In this document: in pieces, positions 11,287-24,337 of the stretch
Layout: every line of letters starts with the position of its first letter
Position numbering within the stretch: the first letter of the stretch is position 1
The notes under the pieces: model-generated
Seen by the model: only the letters and a program-made list of their open reading frames with translations
Told to the model about the DNA's origin: nothing
Database searches by the model: none
Source of the DNA: Dimargaris cristalligena
Taxonomy: Eukaryota
Reading direction: 5' to 3'
DNA: 57,147 nucleotides
Assembly (NCBI GenBank): GCA_003614675.1
Contig: ML002252.1
Location: 1-57,147 of the forward strand
Position numbers and translations under genes: made by a program

Positions 11287-12423
11287 CTAAGAATGGCGAT
11301 AAAACATACTGGAGCTATGCAGACTCGAACCAGTGGAATCCAGTCGATTCCGTGCCCCCGATCCCCGGGGGTCGGAACCAACCGTCGTAGCGAAGGAGTG
11401 GTGGTTTAATTGAGGAACGAAACTAGGCATGTACCCGAGGCCCGGTTGGGAGTGAAAAGCGGATCCGAGGACGGGACTAGTGGTGATCGGCGATAATAGG
11501 TCAGGGTGGGCGGACAGGGGGGTGGTGTTGCCCATATGTACGTTCAAGTAGGAAAAGGAGTGCTGGGAGAGAGGGGTAGTAGACACCGACACTGAGGACC
11601 CACTAGGGGGGTAGCCGGCCAATGAACCCGAGCCCGAGCCGGAACCTGAACCGGATGTAGGATGCCCCAAAAGGCCACCACTCCCTCCTTCTCCCACTGC
11701 CGTGGTGGTGTACATCGGCCGAGACCACACGTCCGTGTCGACATGGAGTTGGGAGGAAGGGGAAGGTGTGATGGGGGATGTGTTCATGTAGCCACCTCCA
11801 CTACCAGTGGAGTCAGCGTGGTGGTGGTTAGGGTGGTGGTCACCCGTATACATATGGACGGGTATCGATGTGTCCACCTCGATGATGCTGCTGCTTCCGT
11901 GCGGTTGAGGTGACGTCGACCGGGCGGAATAGCTCGACCCGGCCGCCATGGGGCTGCGTTTTCCCTCGACCGCCCGTTCCCGCTTGTACTTGGCCCGCCG
12001 GTTCTGGAACCACACTTGGACTTCCCGGGGCGTCATGCCCGTTTGGTCCGAAAGCTGCTTACGTTTTTCGGCATTGGGTTTCTGCTCGTGGGCGAATACA
12101 CTGCACAACAAAGTGAGTTTCTCGGGGGTCAATCGTTTACGCTTCTTGACTTGTTTATAGGCGGGCACTTGCGAAAACTGGTCGTAGTCGTAGTAGGGGT
12201 GGGTATGTGAGGCATGGCCCGGGTGCGTGGGAGGGGGCGGGAGATTCAGAAAATGACCCCCGACCCCGAGGGCCGTAGGGGGCTGGTTCGGCGACGGGTG
12301 GCTGTAAAAGGGCGAACCTAGCTCGACCGAAAACATGTCATTCTTGGGGGTGAGTACATATGGTAACCAGCTGTCTTCCATCGTGATTAAGGGCTGCGAT
12401 GAACCAGAGTGATTGGGATCCAT
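11287..12423 (-). CDS. Homeodomain transcription factor (single exon, 378 aa from ATG 12423)
   Basis: KKRKRLTPEKLTLLCSVFAHEQKPNAEKRKQLSDQTGMTPREVQVWFQNRRAKYKR is a homeodomain with WFQNRR. Flanks are S/P/H/G-rich. Confidence 0.9.
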   Translation of the reverse strand: MDPNHSGSSQPLITMEDSWLPYVLTPKNDMFSVELGSPFYSHPSPNQPPTALGVGGHFLNLPPPPTHPGHASHTHPYYDYDQFSQVPAYKQVKKRKRLTPEKLTLLCSVFAHEQKPNAEKRKQLSDQTGMTPREVQVWFQNRRAKYKRERAVEGKRSPMAAGSSYSARSTSPQPHGSSSIIEVDTSIPVHMYTGDHHPNHHHADSTGSGGGYMNTSPITPSPSSQLHVDTDVWSRPMYTTTAVGEGGSGGLLGHPTSGSGSGSGSGSLAGYPPSGSSVSVSTTPLSQHSFSYLNVHMGNTTPLSAHPDLLSPITTSPVLGSAFHSQPGLGYMPSFVPQLNHHSFATTVGSDPRGSGARNRLDSTGSSLHSSSMFYRHS

Positions 12424-14146
12424 AATAAGGAATTGTGGAGTGTATATATATATATAAGGTAAATATTCCGAGTGGGGGAGGGAAACCAGATAGATTAAGG
12501 TAATATATATATATGGCCACAAGGGGGGAATTGCCTAAAGGGTGAACACAGTGAGAGAAGGAGGCAGAGTAGGGGACGCGATCTCGATGTAGGAACGCCA
12601 GATGCTTGCAGAAGGGGGGAGGGAGGAGGAAGATGAGATTCTACATGCGATTGAAAGGTGCGAAAAGATGGCAATCGATGTCGAATGGACGGGGGGCGCG
12701 GTAGTATTTATATGAAGCGAACGAAAGAGAAAGTGGTTGAGATAGAGACAGACAGACAGAGAGAGAGGCAGGCAGAGGAGAGAGAGAGAGAGAGTGAGTG
12801 GAAAAAAGAGGGGATTATTAACCAATATTCGGGGTTGAGGTCGGGTGAATATACCATAACGAGGGTGCTACTTGTTCCCTACATCAGGGGACACCCGTCT
12901 ACAGCTGGGCGGCCCTGTTTGGTCCCGCCAGGAGCTCAAGTAGGTGCAGCCCACAGCCACCCCCGCGTGCGCTACTGTGAACGACCGGTAGCAGCGAACC
13001 GAATACATCTTGTTAGATCGGGGGGGGGGGTCTACAATAGCCATAGGAGGGTCCATGGTCCCTCGCTGCCAAACAATGGCCCGGCAGTGGGCTAAGGTGA
13101 GGTTTGGGCTGACCCCTCCCCTCCCTTCGTATCCTTCCCTGCTTTCGAACTCCCCCCCTCCCTTCTCATCCTACCCCACTAACCAAGCATCCCCTCCCCT
13201 ACCTGCTTACACCTGCCAACCCCACCTAACCTTCCCAGGTAGACGAATAGCCATTTTCTTACGCCCGACCGGAATAACTCCCGGGGAAACTTGGCCATTT
13301 TGTGCTAAGCGCCATCGGGCCAGCCTTTCCCAAGCAGGCTTATTTCCTTAGTGGGTCGGTGCTTTCATAAAGAGGCTAATTAAGCGGAGGAGGAGAGAAG
13401 CGAATGAGCGGGTCGAGGTGGGCATAGTCGATGGGGAGAAGAGCGGGTGGCGGGGCACGCCAGGAACCAAGCCCACCCTTTGCTTAGGGAGCTAAATCAG
13501 TCGGCCACACTAGCCGGTATCCAAAATAAACGTAAAGGCTATAGGAAGGGGGGACTTACCAGGAATTAGGCAAATCGTTTACGAGTGACAAGCGGTAAAG
13601 TATGATGTTGGTGATGAAGAACAGACCAGTGGGTAATGATATTGGCGGGCGGTGGGATACGAGGGTAGTGGGGTGCGGGATAGAGGGCAGAAAATGACGG
13701 GCAGCGGACGACACCACACAGATGGGGTTTAAAAAATAAATATCTATTAAGCCACTTCGTGTAATTGAAATAAATACAGGGTATATTGGCGGGGTACACT
13801 ATTTACATAGGGGCTGGGCAGCTCGTTCTGACAGCAGCTCGACTCAATCAGTGGGTAGAGAAATTAGTGGGTATATATTTAAATTTGAAAGTAAAAGACG
13901 GAGGAATTAAAAAACTATGCGTGGGTGAAGAAGGGCAACAGTCAAGGGTAGCTTGTGTTTATCGACCGGCTGGCTGGGACGGGACGGGGCCCGATATTTA
14001 TAAGAGGGGGGAGAGGAGAGTTATAACAAGGATAGGTAGGAAGGAGGGGAACGGGAGGGAAGCACAACGGGAGACATTGTGACAAGGAAATGACAGGCCC
14101 TGTTGCCCACTCCACTGATGGAGAAGGGGAAGAAGTACTGGTGAGC

Positions 14147-14184
14147 AGTAGTAGTAGTAGTAGTAGTAATAGTAGTAGTAGTAG
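14147..14184. repeat. (AGT)n microsatellite
   Basis: About 12 AGT units with one variant unit. Confidence 0.9.
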
Positions 14185-17100
14185 GCCGCAACAAAGACGT
14201 GGCTCGAGATCCGATACTGGAGATCCGTTGGCCCACCAGTGTCGACCATCCAATAACCAGAGTGAGATCCTAAAGTGTGAATGGTGGGCGATGATAGAGA
14301 AACCCAAAGTGCACAAGGGGGGGGATACGGAGACAGCGGCCGAGGCGAGCGGGAAATAGACCGGGGGGATCCTCATCCTGTGGTGCTGGTTTTCGCTTAC
14401 ACAGGAGGAGTGGAAGCGAGGTGGATGTCAATCCCCAGCCATCATTGCTCCCTTTCTTCGTCCTCTGTACCTCTCCCCCCTCCTCTATTTTATTCCAATT
14501 ATTATTATTATTATTTCATTCCGGCTGGCCGAAATGTATATAAGCAAGAATAAAATCCCTCCATGGCCGCCCTGGAGTATTTTTAGCCGCTCCCGACCGC
14601 CTGTCATCACCCTTTGGTCAAATCCTTCCTATCGTGAATTCCACATCCGTTGTTTCGGAGGGCCCTTTACTGCGCGGCCCACATGTTGGGGCGGCCGTGG
14701 GGTCAAGGAAAATGAGGGTGAGGGAGGGACGAACATTCTAAAGTGGAATGCGGCCCTTCTGCTCCGTCACCTATTTTTAGGTCCTCTCGGCCCCGATGGC
14801 TAAGGCAACGGCGGTTCAGGTTCAGGGGATACTATCGTGGGCTATTTCAGAGGCACCGTCCTCGCCTTCGGGTCTAGTAAACTTGGGTTATTTCCAGGCC
14901 TATTACACCCATAGTAGCGTAAAATAGGGAGTAATTCGACCGCCCTCACTATTTCGTCGTCTACTTCCCTCCATTCGGGATTTCGTGCATAGTCCCCAAA
15001 CTCTGTCCAGTCTGGGCCTATAGGAGAGTCCACTAGAAACGTGGCCATTGCCCCCCCTCCCCTCTCCCCTTCTCCCCCACGATCTTGCCTTAACCAACAG
15101 TTTTTTGGGTCCCGTACCGGCGCCCTAACTATTCGTTGGTGGCATCGTATGGAGCTTATAGACCAACCGGTGGATGTGTTTGATCCGATCATTGTTTGCA
15201 TAAATCGATTTGTCCGACCGTATCTGGGGGGTAAATACTCCTCTACTGCAGGGCAAGACAAACATATCCACACTCCGGGTACCCCCAATTTTCATACTTG
15301 GCCTAATGTACTGTGCCTCGGCATTATCACCCCCAAATTATTGTTATGGATATACCCAATCGACGATTTATTAATGGCCGGATTGATTGTTGCCAATATC
15401 CGACAAACATACTTCATTTCGCAACCTCCTTGCGTTTAGGCTACCCATATACAGGCCGATAGCCAATGCCAGTGGTAGAAGGTACTCCACTAAAACCCAT
15501 TAGCAGCTCCCTCGCCCCCAATTAATGAAACTCAGACTCTTTCATCACCCACTTGCCCGTAAAATAAGCCAGGTTGTCCCAGTAGGGTTAGTATCCAATC
15601 CGGGAGAGCAGTCAAATAGAGCCAAAGCCAACGAACTATCCTACGCCAATGACCTAGCTGGGCATCGAAGTCTGTCTGTGCCCCCCTCCTCCTATCTACC
15701 TCACCTGTTTTTATTTCACGTTCGCGCGCACGCACTCATGAGTCTAGCCCTCTTACGATAGAGTTGGATCATCCCCCGGCTCCCCGTTTTCCCAGCCTCC
15801 GTTCCGGAATAGCCTGATAAGTGATTTTAATCGAATGCGGGGAAGAGCCCCTGTCAGTTGGGCTGGCGGAAAAGATTCTATCCTTCGGGCCATATCGCCA
15901 CCGGACCTTCCCCCCTTGGGAACCGATGGCCACCGATCCAAACGACCGGATTAGCGTCCGGAGGGGTGTGTATGTGTAGAACTATAGGGCCCAGTAGTGC
16001 ACAATATGGGAAAAATGAACCAGCGGGTGACCGCCCCCTGCTGGCCCCTGCACCATCGCCAACACCACTCCCAAGACCGTGGAGTACCGGGAGAGGAGAA
16101 GAAGGAGGGGGAACACCCTCGGTTCACCCGGCCATGCATCGCGCCTCCTTTGGAGGGTCAGTAGAGAACAGCCCATCCCGGGTGTGGAATCACAGTGAGT
16201 AGTTCCCTAGCAAGCTTCACCGTCATTAAGTAGCCAATATGCGCTAGATTCAATTGTATTCGGTAGTGTACCACGAATGAGTAAGCATGCGCAATTAAAG
16301 TATATATTTGACTACAGGGGCTGTGAAACCGCTATTATGGGTGAATGCTTAATATAACCAAAGCGTAGTATTAGGTTCAGAGCAACAATACCTGTCGTGT
16401 ACAAACAAATACACTAGGGCATCAGCAGACCCTGGAAAGGGGGGGGGTGAGGCATAGGCCTTATACCTCATACAGTCGTCAGCATCCTTTACGTCAGAGC
16501 CGTGTCTCATTCAGCCATTATGAGTATACATCTCTGCCATTACTCAAGTGTATTCTAGGGTGCACCGCCTGACTTACTTACCCACTCTTTATTTCTACAT
16601 CGGGCGACGGCGGGTCTGGCGCTGCTCAACGAGCTTCCAAACCAATAAACAAACCGGTACAAGGCGACAGGTGGCCAAATGCGTCTTAAAATGTTTTCCC
16701 TAGCGGAAAACCCCAGTGGTTAGAATGGATAGGGCGATCCTGGAACCACAACTTGGCCTGGAAGGCCGAATATAGCAAAGGTGTGGGGGGGGGGGTTGGC
16801 TTAAGTCACAGGGCATCTCAAACGTCAGTGAATGGCAAAGGCTATCGGATACTTTTGATAATCCCAAAAGTGCCCCCATATTAGAGTAAGCGACGGTTTC
16901 TCTTTCCATTTTAGGGATGTCACCAAATGCCGCTCTTCTAAAATAAATGGGCCGAATGTGGCCGGATTCCCTATTTAGTACTTCCCCAGGACCGGTATTA
17001 AAATCGTTTCCCATTAATTATAATTTTTCAAAAGAGGTTGTTTTCCGCAGGTATTTCCCATAGTGACCGACCGTACTCCCCAGCCAGAAAAACTCTTCGA

Positions 17101-20003
17101 AAATAAAGGGGAGTGGGTGGGGGGTTGTAAGTAAGAGGGCTTTTTGTCTATGGCTAGGCCAACAGTAGCCATTTAAGTAACAGGACTGGTCAAACTCGGG
17201 CCCGGACAAAAAATAGTGAACTGCGTCCTCGTTCGTAGAGCAGCCCACCTGAATACCACCGTCATTCCGAGTTTAATACAGTGAACTGAGCTAAACCATA
17301 CTTCAACACCCCAGCATCTTCCTTTTGAATGATAGCTCCGCCAAAATGAAAAATAATAATTTGGGCCCTACCAAACGGTCAGAGCTATACCCAAACGTAA
17401 TTACTATCCTCAACTCCCGAAGATTGGGTGAAACTGAATGCAACACAAGTCCCCGGGGCTCTAGATTTACCAGCATTACTTCTTTGGGCGCCGAAATGGG
17501 CTGTTAGCATATTGGCCAGGAAGTCAGTGAAACACTAATGGTGTCCACGGAGACTGGCATGGCTATATAGAAAAAGGGGGCCTACTCTGCCATTCAAAAC
17601 ATGTTAATCGCGCATTGTTTGGGTTTGTCCAAACTACACTATGCAGGGATGTGACCACTATATGAGCCTGGTAATAACCGGTGAATAACATCCCTTCCCG
17701 TACGAATTATTAAAATAAAACATAGGTGTTCGCCCATTGGCAGTAATGTAGCACTCCCGAAAAAAAAGGGGGAGTTTCGTGATTGACTGAACGTAAACCT
17801 CCCATTTGCTGGATCGGCACCGGAGAAGGAGACAATATCCTGGACTTTGTTAGGTATTATAGTGCTGCCCTTTTGGGACTGTGCGCCGTAACAAGATGCC
17901 CGCATCTATACCCGGCTGGCCATTATTCAGTAGCCTCATAATACTATTGAGGTGGCCTCTGAGGGAGGTCGTACATCCTACCACTCCCATCATTTACCGT
18001 CGATTAGGGGAATGTCTGCCTCGCGCTAGGCCGATCCGCTAAATCAAACAGCTTCCATACTGACAAGTAAAGGGAATCTCAGCATTCAACTAGCTAAATT
18101 ATCCACCTGTCGAGTTTTCCAAGTACGGGACAAAGGAAACCACTCTCCCCTCTCTTCCAGCTTTCTGAGCCGTGGATCCCCCTGCCCCCTTTTGCCACCC
18201 GCTTGTCCACTGGCATGGCCACGTTTCTATTTGGCTATTAATAATGAACTTGTACAATGTATCCTCTCCGGCTTCTTGGGTTTTGCTGAGGCGCAAGGTT
18301 AATCGCATGATCACCACCTTTGCAAGCGGCAATCTGTAAAGTAAGAGTCGGTCCGAGGAATGGCGGGGATCGTAGAGGCATCGGTGTAGCGTTGGAGAAA
18401 TCATGCCTAGTCCTGTCCCAGGCCCAGCAGTCTAAGAGACTGGTACTGCGCAGTCACCAACATCGCCCAGTCAATGGTGCGTGGACGGTAGCATTTTGAC
18501 GGTCCATTCTCCTCCACTCACCCTCCCTCCCCATTGTATTAGTCGTTTGTACCACAATAGCGATTATACCCAGTACTAGGATTGGCCTACACGCTGGGCC
18601 ATGTTTCTTTCCCCGTTGACATTTTCTTAAATAAGTCCAAACACGAATCACCCAAACTAATATCCAGACAGTTGGCGGTCATTTCTACAGCCACACACCC
18701 CTTGGGCTTAAATTGAATAAAGGGTCGGCCGGGCCCTAATGGCAAATAGATCAGCGGTGACCACGTAGAGTATGGCTAGGGTTGAACGGGTCTCGTAGCT
18801 GGCCCGCCAAGTGACACCATTGGCCTTCCTATGTGGGGTAGGAAACCAGTATATTTTTTTTAATGGACCTTGGGGAAGCCAATCTTTATTCCAGATAGAT
18901 AGGGCGGCATAGTTGAAACCCTGTTTGAGATGACCAGGTAGCGGGCCACCATGCTCGATCCGGGGTAATTGAGACGGCCAGGGTGACACGAGAAGGGGGA
19001 GATGGTCCATAGCCGGGTCCATCATGACTCGGCTTGATTAAATTTTCAACAAAAAACACCTTGACCGGCAGCTTATCTATAAGGGGCCATTCATGTATGA
19101 CCCCCAAAGTGATTAAAAGTACTATAAGGTGCTAGCTAAATCCAGGGGCGAGTAGATTACCGAAACTGCCCCCAAATACCGGATTCCAGTCTAATACACG
19201 AGAGATCAGATTGCCTAGCGTCCGGTAGTCTAGGGATGCATGGAGCCTTTCCGAAATAGTGGAATACCCATTCCCTCACCCCACCCCCCTTCCCCCGGCC
19301 GATCCCTTTTATACTTTAAGGGGTTTAATAGGCAATCAATGAAGCCTATTTACATTGATGATAGATGTTAATAGCCTGGCTATGCAGATCACCTTAGCCA
19401 GCTAATTTCGTCGGAAGAACAGCCGGTCCCGCATGGTTGCTATGAGAGGACCTGGGCAAAATATAGCATGCGGCACAATAAATAGATGAAGAAAAAGGGA
19501 AGGGTAGAGTGATTAACCCCCCCTCCTCCTCCTCCCCACCGGGTGGTTTGAACTAGATAATATATGTGGCTTTGCCAATATACCGTCGGGGCACCGGGCA
19601 AGTGTAGAGATCAATATCAGTCACCCCCTTCATATCACCCACTTTATTCTGCCTTTCCGCACCACCCCCTCCTCTCCTTCCGGGTGAATATTAATCCCCC
19701 AAATCATCCTACTTCATCGAGACCATTTTTCGGGGAAAGGGAAGTTGGTATTGTTTCAGTTGTTTGTCTTTTATTACCTAATTCGGCTATTCATGCATTC
19801 CTCAGCTATCCCTGTCCGTTTGCTGTGAATATCATATGTGGGGAAGATCTAACACAACTGAATATAAATGGGAAAGAATAGTATGGTCAACATAACAGAA
19901 TATGGGCTTGGTTCCAATCAATGAGGCCCAGTCTACCCAGGTAACCTATTTTGAATGCACTGCTGTGGCGGTTACTACGGATTGAGGGGTGTGGTATGGC
20001 AGT

Positions 20004-20080
20004 GGTTCATTTCAACTGTATAACCGAAATACTGCCGGGTGAGGCAGATTTTACAGATTAAAATCGAACTTCCTCCGTAT
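20004..20080 (+). pseudogene. Relic copy C of a dispersed unknown coding family
   Basis: About 65% ungapped identity by eye to 37409-37485. Translates GSFQLYNRNTAG*GRFYRLK. Confidence 0.4.
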
Positions 20081-22005
20081 GAACAAATCTTTGGCGGTGA
20101 ATGATGATGACACTGAAAGCTTTTTAGAGTAGCTGCAGGGTTTTGTTGTGGACTGTACAGTACTCAATGGCATCCAATCAAACCTGCGTGCTTAAACAGC
20201 TGAGAATTCAGACTAGATGACCCCCAATATTGGTCGTGCATCTTCGGGGAATATAGGGTACCTCATAGATATGGTGTTAAAACAATTATTACATCAGAGC
20301 CAATGGATCCCAATTATTAAGCCTTCCAATAAAAATAATACGAATGGGCTGACTCCTAAGATACTACTTCCCAGGGCTAGTCCCGATATTCCAATTGCTT
20401 GTAATCTACTAATAGGTTGATTTCCTCTGAGGTTCAGCCCGGCTTTAATTTTGCCGATTTCTGGATAAAGTGGAATTGATGGGCAGACTAGACGAGGCAA
20501 CACGGGGCCTATTTGGGGTGCCATGTGGTAGTAGTAGACCCTATTTGTGCAAACGCGAGGCAGCAAGGGATGGGGCCGATGGACCGGGGCGAATACGCGG
20601 AACTGGGTATGGTTCGTTGGCCGCCGTTAGATCAAGAGGTCAGCTGCCTATAAAAAAAACATTGTCACCATAAAGGATTAAGGGGTGAGGTAAGCGAGCA
20701 TGCATCGCCGGCCACCGTACAGTGTCGGTCAACATCGAGTAGTTGTTGAATGGCGGCAAAACGATTATCAGTGGCCGATCTTCTCCTGTACTACGTATAA
20801 TGCCTCGACCCTTGCAATAAGTTGGTTTGACATCTTTATACCTATTTAATACCAGGGAGGACAAAGAGTGACTGGCATAGATTACCTACTAGAGATTGGC
20901 TGGCTTACCGCATGATCTCTTTGTCTTGTCCTCCTCCCCTCCCCCCACCTCCCACTCCTCTCCCTCCCTCTCTCTCTCTCTCTCGCATTTCCCCTCTACG
21001 AAAGTATCCTTCCCCGTCGCCTACCCCTGCCCCTCACACTCCTAGCCTCCCCGTTGTGTGGTTCAATTTCCATGATCTTGATCTCGACCTTGGCTTTGTT
21101 GGTCCGTCCTCAAAGACAACAAAAATAGCTCTACATTGACTGCTGCCATCCGCCAATTCCCCCTCGGGGATAGGTCTATCGATAATCAATCAGGAGATTT
21201 ACATATTATTATTTTTTCATGTTGCTAGACGATAGGAGCTCCGGTGAGCGGCTGTTCATCCTTGGATAATCCACAAGTGGAACCAAGAAATGTGATAGAA
21301 GAAAGAATATGGCATTTCGGATATTCTCCGATCTACAGGATAGTGAATCTATCCAAGACCATGAATATAGCTATCCAACATTGTCAACTTCTGCCTACCG
21401 TGAACAGTGGGGTTCGCCCATTACCTTGTCATTGAGGCGAACTTAAACACCAGAACGGTTGTTATGTTTACCTCTGATCGCCTCCAATATACAGCGAACA
21501 CGCCAAAATGTCCTAAACACTGAAACTGGATTGCCTAATTTTTAATTGACGAATCTAATATAGTATATAGATACTGCCCGGGTATATTAGGCAAAGGGAC
21601 TACCGTTTTGTTAGGAAGATGTATTTCACTGAGTCGCCAAGGCGACGTCATTCACTATTAAATCTCAAATTTAGCAGCTATTATCAAATTTTAACAAATA
21701 TACAATAGTAGGCACGGGTGAACTTACATCTTACAATAGAGTCGTCTACCCTAATTGGAGACATACTTCCCAGGACAACTACTCCCTGAGCAATACTCCC
21801 GATACGGGCCTTAACCATAACCCGCTGCCCAGCAAAGTAAAAGCAAGTTCAAATTCGAGCATTTACCATTAGTAAAGGTCAAATAAATTTAATGGAATAA
21901 AGATTTCACCCATTTAATTTAGTCATTACCCACCCAGTCCTACTAATAACTACTGCATTAACTAAGACATCTCAGTTACTGACCATTTGGTATTTTACCT
22001 GAACT

Positions 22006-22223
22006 CTATATCCACAATGCATTTAGTTGAGGCACTTTTGATGACACCAATTGTATCCACAAACTATTATTATAATCTATATAATTTACATATAGGTGAA
22101 GTTCAGCTTGGTTGTATAAGAGTTTAACTGATATGTGTATGGGAAAATCGGTGGGATGTTTATTTTCAACCAGTAATATTTGCCTCATCCAATGGATTTT
22201 TCATTATACAGCCTTGTTGAACT
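22006..22223 (-). pseudogene. Relic copy B of a dispersed unknown coding family (frameshifted, with flanking stops)
   Basis: 12 mismatches over 90 ungapped nt against 37410-37499. Translates SSTRLYNEKSIG*GKYYWLKINIPPIFPYT, then a 2-nt indel, then SVKLLYNQAELH...PQLN. Confidence 0.6.
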
Positions 22224-24337
22224 ACTCTCATATTAACAGAATGGCCCTAATAGGACGGTGATGGAATTACATTGTGGCTAACATTCACTTGTCCCAGGCT
22301 TGCTATAAAATAGTGTGAATAACCAACATTCATTCTAAAAAACCTGTATTCGGAAATTACTCAAACTGGTTAGATGACTGGATACCAGAAATATAAACTA
22401 GGGGTAGACCTGATTCACCTATACTGAACTACACTATCCTATATTTATTTTAAACGGATCAACCTGGCAATAGCTCCTCTCATACGGCAATCACTTAATT
22501 CTCCGTATGCTACCTAAATGTGATATTGATAAAGCCACGCCACATTTGTTATCGCATTGTATTCGGTGGCAAATACTTTACAATATGAACAATAAAAACC
22601 GTCAGAATTGAAGGGTTATCGACGCAAAACTAAAAAAAAAGCTGCCGTAATCGAAACTGAAGGGTGTTTAATAATTGGCGAGGCCAGGGGGCTGTAGATC
22701 AAGAACACTTACTCGTTCTGATGAAACTGATAGCTGCTTAATCCATTGCAATGGCAAATATGGCCAACAGCGTTTGCACTATCTTTTGTATGGGGAGATT
22801 GTACCTTTTAATATAGCGTACATTGACATTCTATTGGGATAACCAGCTAACTTTCCCTGCTCTATTCCAGGGACCTCGTTTACTTCCATGGACGGGAATT
22901 ATGATTTTCCACAGCTTCGCACTAATCGCTTGTCGAACTCCTCACACCACCAGTTCATCTAAGACCTATAACTCAGGCATTCCATGTATTTCACCATCAT
23001 TATATAGCCTCTTAATATTCGAACGCTACTCAAAATTACAGCCTGCTAAAGCCAAATGCCAGCTATTATATACCGATATAAATTAGTTGAAACCAGAATT
23101 CGAAAGTAGCTGTCGGAAAGCCGCCGGTAGAGAACTGGCTTGCTGTACATACCAGCCCATACACTGCCGGTTGTTTCCGATTTCGGGGCTAGTCACGAGA
23201 TTTCTTCCTATTCCCAAATCCATTTCCCAGCCACTGGCGCTCCCGATTGATATGGACTAAAGTTCGAATGGACTTTTAATAGTGAACCGACCGTTCACTT
23301 GAATTGAGGGGACTACTCTTTATGCGGGGCGATCCCGTTATTGACGTGCCTAATGGTTTCTAGGACCTTGTCGGACTTTTAGGATTTACCCCCCTCTGCT
23401 ACGATTATCCTCATTTAGCCGCCCTAAAACATTGCGCTAATCTACCCCTGGGATCTTCGGATTAGAGACGAGCCCACACAAGCCTTTCCATAGAAGGGGG
23501 GGAGAGATTCAAACGCCATGCAATAGTGTAGCCTTCTGCTGAAGGCCACTTCGTTTCCTACTGCAGCCTACATATGCTCGCACAATTCCCAAATCTATTC
23601 TGACCATGGATGGCAAATAAAAAGATCACCAAGACACATTAATCGGTTCGAAAGGCCCAGGAATTCGTTATATCCATAGTTACAATCCGCAAATAACCGA
23701 TTAAGGAATGATTTCCAATTGAAGCCATTTGTTTAGTTTGGCTATTAGCGCACTGTAAATAAGGTATTCGCTGGGGTATAGTGAGTGGGATATACTGATG
23801 GCCGAAGTACCCCAGAGTGCGTCCATGCCAGCGAATGAAATATGTATAGTTTATGTGTTGGCTTTGAAGCGGCGCTTTAACCGCCACTATGTTGTTGAAA
23901 ATCAGCACCCGATATACATTTAAAACATATCCTAACCCTCTAACCCAAAACACCACCACTCACCACACAACTATTAAGATATCCTTTACTAAGGAATATA
24001 CAGGTATTCAATAAAAATACAAAGAAAAATAAAATATAAAAAAGGGGTAGGGGAAATGCATCTGTAACATAAAAGTAACAACTGCCCATCCTACTCAATG
24101 CCAAACAAGGGGTAAACCCAACGCTTAATTATCCCTGGGAGGTCATTAGCCATAGGAAACATAAAGCATCGCCAATACATTTAAGAAATAGCCAATAATA
24201 AAGTCCAACCAACATGGACTTCGATACGGGTCTGTCCAACCCGCGTGCCCTTGGGCAAAAACAAAACCCGAGATAAACCAACCCTGGACTAGCACATATC
24301 ACCCAGGAAGGATATCAAACCGTATTGACACCAATAC

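Noticed and set aside
16811-17126. Exon-like segments with GT/AG borders
   Set aside because: The implied intron is only about 29 nt and no recognisable protein results.
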